64,000 bases of DNA from an uncultured Eggerthellaceae bacterium (GTDB taxonomy: Bacteria; Actinomycetota; Coriobacteriia; Coriobacteriales; Eggerthellaceae): assembly GCA_910588095.1 (NCBI GenBank), contig CAJUQH010000009.1, positions 2,606-66,605 of the forward strand. The letters run 5' to 3'. The first letter of the stretch is position 1, and the number at the start of each line of letters is the position of its first letter. A program made the translations under genes and the position numbers. Positions 1-7,978 of this stretch are shown piece after piece. The notes below the pieces were generated by a model that ran no database searches, was not told the DNA's origin, and saw nothing but the letters and a program-made list of their open reading frames with translations.

Positions 1-1101
1 GATGATGGGCTCTTTGCAATCAATCCCTCAACCGTTGTGGTTAGGCTACCGGAAAATGCTGACCAGCATATATGGTCGTTACTAGGGTTAAAAATCCTTC
101 TTGAAGATATAAGCATTGCTACGGCAGCAACCTACGCTGCCAGTTCATCTTTCATCAATGGAGGAGGCGGAGCTCTGTCCGTTTTTCGCCAAGTAGGGCT
201 TGATGCGACAAGCATGACCGCTATTGCAAACGGTTTATCGCAGTGGACGGCATCATGGACGCACGCAACTTCGATATTTGCCGATACTCCCGTTGTGCAC
301 TATTGGCAAGACGATTATTTCTTTGAGGTTAAGGTGTCGAGAGCGCATTATAGCTTTGCTGGTTGGAATGTGAACGGGGCAAAGCTTCCCAACACAACAC
401 CTCTAGTGGCGGGGGCTACTGTTACGGCACTTTGGACGCCATCTGCCTATTCGATTTCTTGTAATTATGGAGGCGGCAGTGTAAGCACGCCCAACAAGAC
501 GAGTTACCACATCGAAACCAGCACGTTCAACCTGATCAATCCGACCAGGCAAGGCTACACCTTCATTGGCTGGTCGGGTACGGGTCTTTCCGGCTCTGCC
601 AACAAGACAGTTACTATCTCGCAGGGCTCGACGGGGAATCGTTCCTATGTGGCTCATTGGGCGCCCGCTTTGTCAGCCGATATACCCGTCGAGGTGGAGG
701 CGCGGGTAGACGTGCTCGGGATGGAAGAACAGGAGCCGGCAGCGGGTTACATCGAGTCGCGTTGCGGCGAGCCGCTTAAGGTGGCCGAGGTGTCCATGGA
801 ACCGCTGACAGGGGCGACCGAGCTGTTCGGCGCAGGCAACGAATCCCAGGTGCAGCTGCAAGCGCTCGCAGGCCAGGGCGCCGTGTGGCAGCCCGGTGGC
901 GCCAACGCGAGCTTCGCGTTCCCGCTGGGGTCTTCCGCGACCGAAGCCGACCCAGCAAAGCTCGCGCCCTTGTGCATGGCGAAGTACGGCGACCGCGTGC
1001 CCGTGAGCTACCGCTTCTCCATCCCGGAGGCGCTGCTCGCGACCTTGACCGAAACCGCCAAGCCAGTCTGCTCGGTGGCCTACACGGTAGCGTTGGCGTG
1101 A
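1..1101 (+). CDS. Secreted repeat surface protein, 5'-truncated by the window edge (Flg_new/Listeria-Bacteroides-type repeat plus family C-terminal domain)
   Basis: The frame of track ORF 37..1101 is stop-free from nt 1. Carries the repeat 'GYTFIGWSGTGLSGSANKTVTISQGSTGNRSYVAHW'. The last ~145 aa (WAPALSADIPVEVEARVDVLG...KPVCSVAYTVALA) closely match the C-termini of 25977..29027 and 45431..48505. Confidence 0.75.
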   Translation, partial: DDGLFAINPSTVVVRLPENADQHIWSLLGLKILLEDISIATAATYAASSSFINGGGGALSVFRQVGLDATSMTAIANGLSQWTASWTHATSIFADTPVVHYWQDDYFFEVKVSRAHYSFAGWNVNGAKLPNTTPLVAGATVTALWTPSAYSISCNYGGGSVSTPNKTSYHIETSTFNLINPTRQGYTFIGWSGTGLSGSANKTVTISQGSTGNRSYVAHWAPALSADIPVEVEARVDVLGMEEQEPAAGYIESRCGEPLKVAEVSMEPLTGATELFGAGNESQVQLQALAGQGAVWQPGGANASFAFPLGSSATEADPAKLAPLCMAKYGDRVPVSYRFSIPEALLATLTETAKPVCSVAYTVALA

Positions 1102-1125
1102 TAACGGCTCCTGAAGGCTTTCACG

Positions 1126-1237
1126 GGTTTGCAAAATACCAAAAATGGGCATCAAAACGGTGTGCAAAGTACGCATTTTATCCCCATTAATGGTTTGCAA
1201 AATACGCAAAATTGTGTGAAAATTGGTTTGCAAAATC
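1126..1237. repeat. Four phased copies of GGT(T/G)TGCAAA(A/G)T at exactly 33-bp spacing (starts 1126, 1159, 1192, 1225), upstream of the DUF4143 ATPase
   Basis: Read directly: ggtttgcaaaata / ggtgtgcaaagta / ggtttgcaaaata / ggtttgcaaaatc. The last copy ends 17 nt before ATG 1254. Confidence 0.8.
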
Positions 1238-1253
1238 CATTATAGGGGTGAAT

Positions 1254-2555
1254 ATGCTACGAAGGAAGGCCGAAAAGGCCCTGGCGGAGTGGAAAGCCTC
1301 CGGAGCGAACGAGGCGGTGCTGGTTACGGGCGCTCGCCAGGTGGGGAAGTCTTATCTGGTAGAGGAGTTTGCCCGGCAAAACTATTCCCATGTGGTGAAG
1401 TTCGACCTGATTGACCAGGCCGATGTCCGCGACGCGATGAATGGCGTTCGCAATGCGCAAGAGCTTTTCATGGTGCTATCTGCCTTTGCGGGAACGCAGT
1501 TCGTTCCTGGCGAGACGGCCGTCATCATCGATGAGATTCAAGAATGCGACCAGGCCATCACTCTTATCAAGTATCTTGTCCAACGCCAAGATTTCGACTA
1601 CCTCCTTTCAGGCTCTCTCTTGGGCGTGGAATTGAATGATGTGCGCTCTGTGCCAGTTGGGTATTTGCGCATAGTGGAGATGTTTCCCCTGGATTTCCAG
1701 GAGTTCTGCTGGGCCAATGGGGTAGGTGAAGATGCATGGCTGGAGATAGAGAAGGCATTCCAGCATAGACGGCCGGTGCAGACAGCCGTGCATGAGCGCT
1801 TTCTCACATTGTTCCATTGGTACCTTGTAGTGGGCGGCATGCCACGGGCGGTAGGCGAATTCGTGAAAACAAGCGACATAGCAGCCGTGAACGCGATCCA
1901 GAAAGACATTCTTGCCCTCTACCGCATCGATATCTCAAAGTACGCTGAACGTGGCAAGAGGCTGGCTATCCGCGAGATATTCGACCAGCTGCCTTCGCAG
2001 CTCGATTCCCAATCGAAGCGCTTTAACTTTTCTGCATTGGCCCCACGGGGAACTTACGAGCGTTATACGACGGATTTCGTCTGGATGGTTGATGCGAGTG
2101 TGGTTATCGTGGTGCGCAACGTAAAGGAGCCAAAACGGCCGCTGCGTCTGATGGAAGATAGGAGCTTCTTCAAGCTATTCATGAACGATGTGGGGTTGCT
2201 GAGCGCAGCTTGCGGAATGGATGCAGTTCGTAGTTTGGTCTCGGATGATTTCGCGGTGGCATATGGCGCCATCTACGAGAACGCTGTGGCGCAGGAGCTT
2301 CACGCACACGGCGTGGGTGGCTTTTTCTTCCGCAATCGCAAGCAAGGTGAGATAGATTTTTTGGTGGGGACGTCCTCGAAGGTTCTGCCAATCGAGGTTA
2401 AATCGGGCAAGGATTATAAACGCCACAATGCGCTGCGTAACGTTCTTGCGGTTCCGAATTATGGCATCGATGAGGGGATCGTCTTGTGCGAGAAGAACCT
2501 GCATGTTGATGGGCAGGTTATCTATTGTCCCGCTTACATGGTGGCGCTCATCTAA
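1254..2555 (+). CDS. AAA+ ATPase of the DUF4143 / COG1373 type, with a PD-(D/E)xK-like C-terminal region
   Basis: Walker A 'GARQVGKS', Walker B 'VIIDEIQ', C-terminal 'GEIDFLV...PIEVKSGKDY'. ATG 1254 is preceded by AGGGGTG; the track ORF opens at TTG 1212. Confidence 0.8.
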   Translation: MLRRKAEKALAEWKASGANEAVLVTGARQVGKSYLVEEFARQNYSHVVKFDLIDQADVRDAMNGVRNAQELFMVLSAFAGTQFVPGETAVIIDEIQECDQAITLIKYLVQRQDFDYLLSGSLLGVELNDVRSVPVGYLRIVEMFPLDFQEFCWANGVGEDAWLEIEKAFQHRRPVQTAVHERFLTLFHWYLVVGGMPRAVGEFVKTSDIAAVNAIQKDILALYRIDISKYAERGKRLAIREIFDQLPSQLDSQSKRFNFSALAPRGTYERYTTDFVWMVDASVVIVVRNVKEPKRPLRLMEDRSFFKLFMNDVGLLSAACGMDAVRSLVSDDFAVAYGAIYENAVAQELHAHGVGGFFFRNRKQGEIDFLVGTSSKVLPIEVKSGKDYKRHNALRNVLAVPNYGIDEGIVLCEKNLHVDGQVIYCPAYMVALI

Positions 2556-2582
2556 TCACGGCAGAGTGTCGGGCTTGCCCCT

Positions 2583-2639
2583 TTGATTGAAGCTGCCAAG
2601 CCCGTCTGCTCGGTGGCTTATACGGTGACGTTGGCGTGA
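2583..2639 (+). pseudogene. Orphan 3' tail (last 18 codons plus stop) of a surface-protein paralogue
   Basis: Translates to LIEAAKPVCSVAYTVTLA*, against ...LTETAKPVCSVAYTVALA* at 1045..1101. No upstream body; it begins 28 nt after the ATPase stop codon. Confidence 0.65.
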
Positions 2640-2658
2640 GCCTTCTACTGCCCATAAG

Positions 2659-2829
2659 CTAGCCCGTCGCATATTCCATGATGCGGCGGGCGGTGTTGCG
2701 GCTGACTTTCGAGACGTCGCCTTTGCCGAGGTAGGCGTAGACGTTCCCCAGGTTGAGACCAAGTGTCTTGCATACGCGGTAAGCCGTCAGTCGCCGGCGC
2801 TCCATGGCATCGAGCGTTGCCTTGCGCAT
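2659..2829 (-). CDS. Small (56 aa) helix-turn-helix DNA-binding protein, divergent from surface-protein locus A
   Basis: MRKATLDAMERRRLTAYRVCKTLGLNLGNVYAYLGKGDVSKVSRNTARRIMEYATG. ATG at 2829. The longer 107-aa track ORF has an implausible N-terminal extension. Confidence 0.5.
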   Translation of the reverse strand: MRKATLDAMERRRLTAYRVCKTLGLNLGNVYAYLGKGDVSKVSRNTARRIMEYATG

Positions 2830-2842
2830 GAGCTCGATGATG

Positions 2843-2852
2843 CCCCCCCCCC
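2843..2852. repeat. C10 (G10 on the - strand) homopolymer
   Basis: Read directly. It sits 13 nt upstream of the HTH ATG on the - strand and directly abuts the TTGCGC -35 of the surface-gene promoter on the + strand. Confidence 0.95.
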
Positions 2853-2882
2853 TTGCGCGTTCGTGCCGAGGCGTGCTAGAGT
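2853..2882 (+). promoter_or_regulatory. Predicted sigma70-type promoter of surface locus A: TTGCGC-N18-TGCTAGAGT (extended -10)
   Basis: The same -35, 18-nt spacer and TGCTAGAGT are found at 44982..45011 upstream of locus C. Confidence 0.5.
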
Positions 2883-2981
2883 TCGTGCCAACCTGAAAGG
2901 GATGCTTATGCGAGGCTCCCGAGTAGGGCGTCTCATCGGGAAAATGGGATTTGCTTTCGAATCGGGAAGGAAGCAACCGCA

Positions 2982-3125
2982 ATGGATAACCTCACGCAGG
3001 CAAGCTGTGCGCTTGCGCGCATCGCGCGCAGGGCGAGCTGCGCCCTCGTATCGGGCCTTCTGGCCGCAAGCCTCGTCCCAGCCCCTGCCTTCGCGCAGAA
3101 TGCTGAGGGGGGGGTAGCCTCCTAA
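2982..3125 (+). other. Detached signal-peptide ORF of surface locus A (47 codons), out of frame with the body
   Basis: MDNLTQASCALARIARRASCALVSGLLAASLVPAPAFAQNAEGGVAS*. RBS GGGAAGGAAG upstream. Runs through the G8 tract and stops at TAA 3123..3125. Confidence 0.75.
3107..3114 (+). repeat. G8 homopolymer at the signal-peptide/mature-protein junction (candidate phase-variation tract)
   Basis: Read directly. The body frame is stop-free from nt 3107 to 6988. Confidence 0.95.
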
Positions 3126-3247
3126 GCCAAAACATATCCGCTGACGGGTCGGATGGCCCTTCAGCTCACGCACAGCCCGGCAATGATGCCGACGTAGACG
3201 GCGCGGGTGCCGTTGCAGCCCAAGCGGCCGACGGTCTCGCAGCGCCG

Positions 3248-6200
3248 GTGCTGGCCGCTTCGATAGCCGTGCCTTACGAAGGGCGCGTGAGCGCCGATAT
3301 GGCGTTGGGGCCAGATGAGTCGGCACCGCTTGCTGTCGGCTCCTTCACCGTCGACGGCCTCTCCTTCCAGGTGCGCGCTGATGGCTCGGCTGAGTTGGTG
3401 GCGGTCAATTCCCCGGCTGACGCTTACCTTGCGCCGGCTCCCTTCAAGATGCCCGGCGGCTCTCCAGTGGTCACGTTGGAAGTGCCCGCTGCGGTGACCT
3501 ACTACGATGTCGAGTACCCAGTGACTGCGCTCGGCGCCCATGCGTTCTACCTATCGGGCGTGCTGCGAGTCGTGCTGCCTGTCTCCATCGCCTCGGTTGA
3601 CGAGCGGGCCTTCCGCTCGTCCGATGTCGCTTGGGTCGATGTCGACCCCCTCAACCTCGCCTATTCCTCTCATGACGGCGTTCTCTACGACGCCGATCTC
3701 GTTAGCCTCCTGCTCATTCCCGGGGGCAGGGGAGGGGCTGTCCGAGTCCCCGACACGGCTACCTCGGTGCCGGCATCTGCGTTCTCGCATTGCGCAGGGG
3801 TCAGCGCCATAGCCGTCGATGAGGGCAGCCCCGCATTCTCCTCCTGGGAAGGACTCCTATACGATGCCGACGGCACGACGCTTTTGCGCGTGCCCGCAGG
3901 CGCAACCGAGGTCACCATCCGCGAGGGCTGCACCTCAATAGCCGCTGGCGCCCTTGAGGCCTGCGCGAAGCTCGAGCGCATCAACGCGCCAGCGAGCGTG
4001 ACTTCGATATCGCCTGATGTGCTTGCTTCTATCCCCACAGTCTCCTTGCCCGTCGCTTCTGCTTTGGATGGCTCACAGTTGGCCACAGAGGATGATGTTC
4101 TGGAGGATGCACACATAGCCCAGACACTTGCATCAGGGCCCGCCGATGGTTCCAGCAGGGCCGATGGGAGCGAGACGGCGTCCAACCCAGAAGCTTTCGA
4201 TGCAGGGCAAGCTCCTTCAGAGACGGCTTCGCCCCAGTCTTCTCGCACTTCTCCTTCCGAAGCCTCCAGCCCTGCCAATGCGCAGCTCGCCTCGCTCGTA
4301 GCGTTGTCTTCCACGGAGGCTGATGCGACGCCTCAGGTTGATGCTGCTTTCATATCGGTGTGGTTGCCAGAAGGGGCGGTTAAAGCGCTATGGGAAACGG
4401 CAGGATTTGCGGTTTCCAAAGAAACGGCAGCCGTGGCTCCCGGTAGTGACTCCCAGGAGGAAGGGCCGACTGCTGCTATCGAGGGGTCAATGGCCTATGC
4501 CGCCCAATACAACCTTACCAGCTATGCCAACGGCACGATGTATATCGGCTCGTGGACATCCTCCGCCTCCCCTTCTGGCTCAATCAACTCTACGCGATCT
4601 GCAGGATCAGGCTATTACTTTCCCGACAAATGGATAGCGTTCAGTGCTTCTAATGCTTGTGTCACCCATTGGAACGATGAATTGCAGCCAGCGCAGCCTT
4701 ATTGGTACACTGGCATCGGGTCGGTGACGGGCGGCGTGAAGTACGCGACGCTCAACGGGGCATCCTTCAGCGGATCGACGTATCTTTCGGGCGCGGCTAC
4801 CTTATGGATGTACAACGAGACTTCGCCTGTCACCATCACATGGAATGCCAGCTGGACAGGGGGCACTGTGTCCCCTGCATCGAGCCGGCCTGCGTTGGGA
4901 AGCACGCTCAACGCTCCGCTCCCCACGAAGACAGGCCATGACTTCACGGGCTGGTATACCGCCTCGACCGGTGGCTCCAAGGTGTGTGGCAGCGCTTCAT
5001 CTGGGGGTACGACGCCAGCAATCCGCAACAGCGCCACCTACTATGCCCGCTTCACGCCCCATACCTACACGGTCACTCTTGATGCTAAGGGGGGTACGGG
5101 TGCTGGCGGCCCGGTCAAGGCGACATACGGCTCGGCGCTTGCAAAGGTGGCAATCCCCCTCAAGGCTGGGGAGGTGTTCGCCGGCTATTACACCGAAGCA
5201 GATGGCGCAGGTACGCGCATCTACGACGAGCAGGGGAATCCTGCGGTCAGCACATGGAGCATCGCCAAGGACACCACCCTGCATGCCCAGTGGACGGCTA
5301 TCGACTTCGATTTGGATTCGGAGCCAAAGGACGAGGACTACGTCGGCTCTTGGAAAGGCGAAAGCCCCGATGTGACCTTAGAGGAGGGTACGGGCGATCA
5401 GGTGATAGCCAATCCCCAGCGTCCGGGCTATGTGTTCATCGGCTGGGTGTCCGACAATGACCCGAACGATAAGGGGCTGGTCTCGTCGGTTGGAGAAGGC
5501 GATGACAAGAAATGGGTCATCGACTCGGATAAGCTGTTGGATTATACGGGAGAGGATGGCCGGGTGCACCTCACCGCTCGCTGGACCTCCGTCATATCGG
5601 TCGACGTGCCGAGCTCCGTCACGTTCTACGCCGACGCGGTCACCCAAGGAAACGAGAGCCGAGAGGGCTTGGCATCGAGCGCCTTCGGCCAGAGCAAGGT
5701 GGCTAGCCAATCCGAGGTCGACCTTCGCATAGTGGGCCTCGAGTCCAAGCAAGTCAAAGGCAACGGCTCGACGAGTCTCGGTGCTTCTGACATACTCAAG
5801 AAGAAGGATGGCGGCACCGTATCCGGCACAGCTGACAAGCTGTTCAGCTTGTACCCGGCAACTGGCGAGCTCAAAGAAGACGACCTCAAGGACCCCGACC
5901 GCACATCTGCCAAGCCAGCCGACGCGGTCGACTTCTCCCTCGATGACATCCTGCTCGAGAAGTCCTTTGCCGCAGACGAGTTCACCATCCCAGCCGGAGA
6001 CACCCTCTCCCTCGGCTACCGCTTGAACCTCCAAGAAACGGGTACCGAGCTCGACTACGACAAGCTCTCCACCCTCAGCGAGGGCGCTTCCGCCTTCATT
6101 GCGAACATCAGCTATTGCTTCGCTGCGGACGCGCTGCCGTCGGACTGGGGCGAGCCGCTCTGGATCGAGAACCCAGACCAATCTACGAACCCAGCTAAGT

Positions 6201-6988
6201 ACCTCTTGCTCAAAGACATCAAGGCAGCCGCTGATGACCTCTCCGCCAACGGAACATCCTCGACCTATTACTCCATGTACAAGAGCATGCTCGACAGCCA
6301 AGTGACGAATAACGGCAACGCGGGGCGAGGTCCTTACTTCCAATTGAAGGTCGGCAACGCTTACATCGACCTGCAGCTTATCGGGATATGCCAAGACACC
6401 AAATCTGCAGGCGGCAAGGCGGGCCTCACGTTCCAGACGAGGGATATCTACGCCTACGGCAGCATCAAGAGCATCGCAGCCGGTGGAGGCGCGTTCAGCA
6501 CCTACATGAACTTCACCAACACCAATGTGGGCGGTTGGGCCTCGTCTGCCATGCACTCTACCCTGATATCCACCTTCTGGAGTACGCTGCCTGTCGAGAC
6601 CCAGGCTGCCATCGTGGGCGTGGACAAGCACCAGCAGCTGCCCTCAGGCACCACGGCCTCCTACTTGCAGAAGACCACGGGTGAGACCGTCTGGCTTCCC
6701 TCCGTGCGTGAGGTCTTCGGGGCGGCTTTCGCCGACTACAACGAATCAGAGGCCTTGACCACCGTAGCTGGCTACGTTCCCTTCCAGTACATGGCCTATC
6801 AGCCCGGCGGCACGTCCACCCCCAACACCCGTGCCATCAAGACCTACAACGGGTCCGCTTGCATTTGGTGGTTGCGTTCGGCTTGTCGGTACAACACCAA
6901 CCTTTTCTGTCTTGTGCACTCGAACGGCGACCGCAATAACATCACTGCGAACAGCACCATTGGGGCGGCCCCCTGCTTCTGCTTATAG
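3248..6988 (+). CDS. Large surface protein body (BspA-type LRR, Flg_new repeats, family beta-rich domain, C-terminal DUF6273-like 'WWLRS' domain). Frameshifted relative to its signal peptide, so the full locus is 2982..6988
   Basis: 1246-aa ORF. LRR_5-like 'YPVTALGAHAFYLSGVLRVVLPVSIASVDERAF...'. Flg_new-like 'GHDFTGWYTASTGG', 'GYVFIGWVS'. C-terminal 'CIWWLRSACRYN'. Confidence 0.8.
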   Translation: MLAASIAVPYEGRVSADMALGPDESAPLAVGSFTVDGLSFQVRADGSAELVAVNSPADAYLAPAPFKMPGGSPVVTLEVPAAVTYYDVEYPVTALGAHAFYLSGVLRVVLPVSIASVDERAFRSSDVAWVDVDPLNLAYSSHDGVLYDADLVSLLLIPGGRGGAVRVPDTATSVPASAFSHCAGVSAIAVDEGSPAFSSWEGLLYDADGTTLLRVPAGATEVTIREGCTSIAAGALEACAKLERINAPASVTSISPDVLASIPTVSLPVASALDGSQLATEDDVLEDAHIAQTLASGPADGSSRADGSETASNPEAFDAGQAPSETASPQSSRTSPSEASSPANAQLASLVALSSTEADATPQVDAAFISVWLPEGAVKALWETAGFAVSKETAAVAPGSDSQEEGPTAAIEGSMAYAAQYNLTSYANGTMYIGSWTSSASPSGSINSTRSAGSGYYFPDKWIAFSASNACVTHWNDELQPAQPYWYTGIGSVTGGVKYATLNGASFSGSTYLSGAATLWMYNETSPVTITWNASWTGGTVSPASSRPALGSTLNAPLPTKTGHDFTGWYTASTGGSKVCGSASSGGTTPAIRNSATYYARFTPHTYTVTLDAKGGTGAGGPVKATYGSALAKVAIPLKAGEVFAGYYTEADGAGTRIYDEQGNPAVSTWSIAKDTTLHAQWTAIDFDLDSEPKDEDYVGSWKGESPDVTLEEGTGDQVIANPQRPGYVFIGWVSDNDPNDKGLVSSVGEGDDKKWVIDSDKLLDYTGEDGRVHLTARWTSVISVDVPSSVTFYADAVTQGNESREGLASSAFGQSKVASQSEVDLRIVGLESKQVKGNGSTSLGASDILKKKDGGTVSGTADKLFSLYPATGELKEDDLKDPDRTSAKPADAVDFSLDDILLEKSFAADEFTIPAGDTLSLGYRLNLQETGTELDYDKLSTLSEGASAFIANISYCFAADALPSDWGEPLWIENPDQSTNPAKYLLLKDIKAAADDLSANGTSSTYYSMYKSMLDSQVTNNGNAGRGPYFQLKVGNAYIDLQLIGICQDTKSAGGKAGLTFQTRDIYAYGSIKSIAAGGGAFSTYMNFTNTNVGGWASSAMHSTLISTFWSTLPVETQAAIVGVDKHQQLPSGTTASYLQKTTGETVWLPSVREVFGAAFADYNESEALTTVAGYVPFQYMAYQPGGTSTPNTRAIKTYNGSACIWWLRSACRYNTNLFCLVHSNGDRNNITANSTIGAAPCFCL

Positions 6989-7281
6989 CTCAAGCGGCGG
7001 GAAAGGCAAGGGCCGAGGCCGTCTCGCGCAGCACTGTGAACAGTACTTTACGTCTGTTTGTGATAAGCGCCACCAGCCATGGGCGCGAGGGTGACTCGTG
7101 ACAGTGCCCCTGCTTCCAGCGAGCGTATATGAAAGCTGAAACGAGCGAACGCAGCGGCCCGCAAGCAGAGCGTGGAGGCTGAGCACCCATGGCTGGTGCC
7201 GCACCCGATAGAAGGTGTCGCGGAACAGTAGGCGTCTTGTGTCCCGCTCAGAATGACGGGGTGGCACCTATATCCCACCAC

Positions 7282-7313
7282 AAAAAAGGACAACGGGGCA
7301 TTTCCCGTTGTCC
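7282..7313 (-). terminator. Rho-independent terminator (- strand)
   Basis: GGACAACGGG/CCCGTTGTCC stem (7288-7297 / 7304-7313), followed on the - strand by TTTTTT (7287-7282). Lies 147 nt downstream of the rubredoxin stop codon. Confidence 0.6.
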
Positions 7314-7459
7314 TTCGGCCTTGCGTTGCGCACCCTGCCCAAGGCAGCCCTGGCCACCTACGCCCCATCGGCGCCCTGGAACAAAGCGCCTACGCACAGC
7401 GCCATGGCCGCATTGCGCGAACGGTGCGGCTTCTCATCGTGATGGCGGAACCTGAACAG

Positions 7460-7624
7460 TCATTCCTCCACCATCGAGAACGCGCTCTTGGGGGCGCCGC
7501 ACTCGGGGCACGTCCAATCGTCAGGCAGCTCCTCGAAGGGGGTGCCGGGATCGATGCCGTTGTCGGGGTCGCCGATGGCGGGGTCGTAGATCCAACCGCA
7601 GATGTCGCATTCGTACTTAGCCAT
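7460..7624 (-). CDS. rd: Rubredoxin
   Basis: [15 protein letters not shown]...[10 protein letters not shown], with two CxxCG knuckles. RBS GAGGAGG upstream. Confidence 0.9.
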   Translation of the reverse strand: MAKYECDICGWIYDPAIGDPDNGIDPGTPFEELPDDWTCPECGAPKSAFSMVEE

Positions 7625-7978
7625 AAGGTCCTCCTCGGTAGGGGTGCGTGGGGCGCTGCATTCCGAGTTAGCAGAGAAGCAGCGCCAACTGCTGGGGGTT
7701 ATTGTACGCAGGCCGCTCCTGGCTCGATGCCGCACCGCGTCGCCGTTACCGCCCGTTCATCATTCTGTAAGGTGCCGCCGCGCATGCCCTTGCGCCTCGC
7801 CGCCGCGCCTTCGGAAACCGTGGCCGCCTTCTCTATATAATGGGGCTGAGCCGTCGGGCTGCTTGCATATATAAAGAAGCCCTCGCCAAAAGAGGGGCCG
7901 CTCGTCCAAGGCAAGCGAACAACCCGCCCGGCAAAGCTCGCCACCCAGCAGGCCCGCGGAAAGGAAGGAGGACGCGCC

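Noticed and set aside
2659-2982. 107-aa version of the small HTH ORF, whose N-terminal extension would read through the G10 tract.
   Set aside because: The extension (MRLLPSRFESKSHFPDETPYSGASHKHPFQVGTNSSTPRHERARGGGIIEL) has no protein-like pattern and overlaps the surface-gene promoter and leader. The internal ATG at 2829 gives a compact 56-aa HTH. I cannot fully exclude use of the long form.
6989-7459. I considered whether this gap encodes RNase P RNA, SRP RNA, 6S RNA, tmRNA or a cobalamin riboswitch. I also considered whether ORFs 7048..7368 (-) and 7189..7455 (+) are genes.
   Set aside because: I could not find any of the conserved signature sequences, for example GAGGAAAGUCC (RNase P), the GGAAGCAGCC-type SRP helix-8 context, or a tRNA-like CCA end. 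The ORFs have no recognisable motifs. The 13-bp arms are kept only as a low-interest structural observation.
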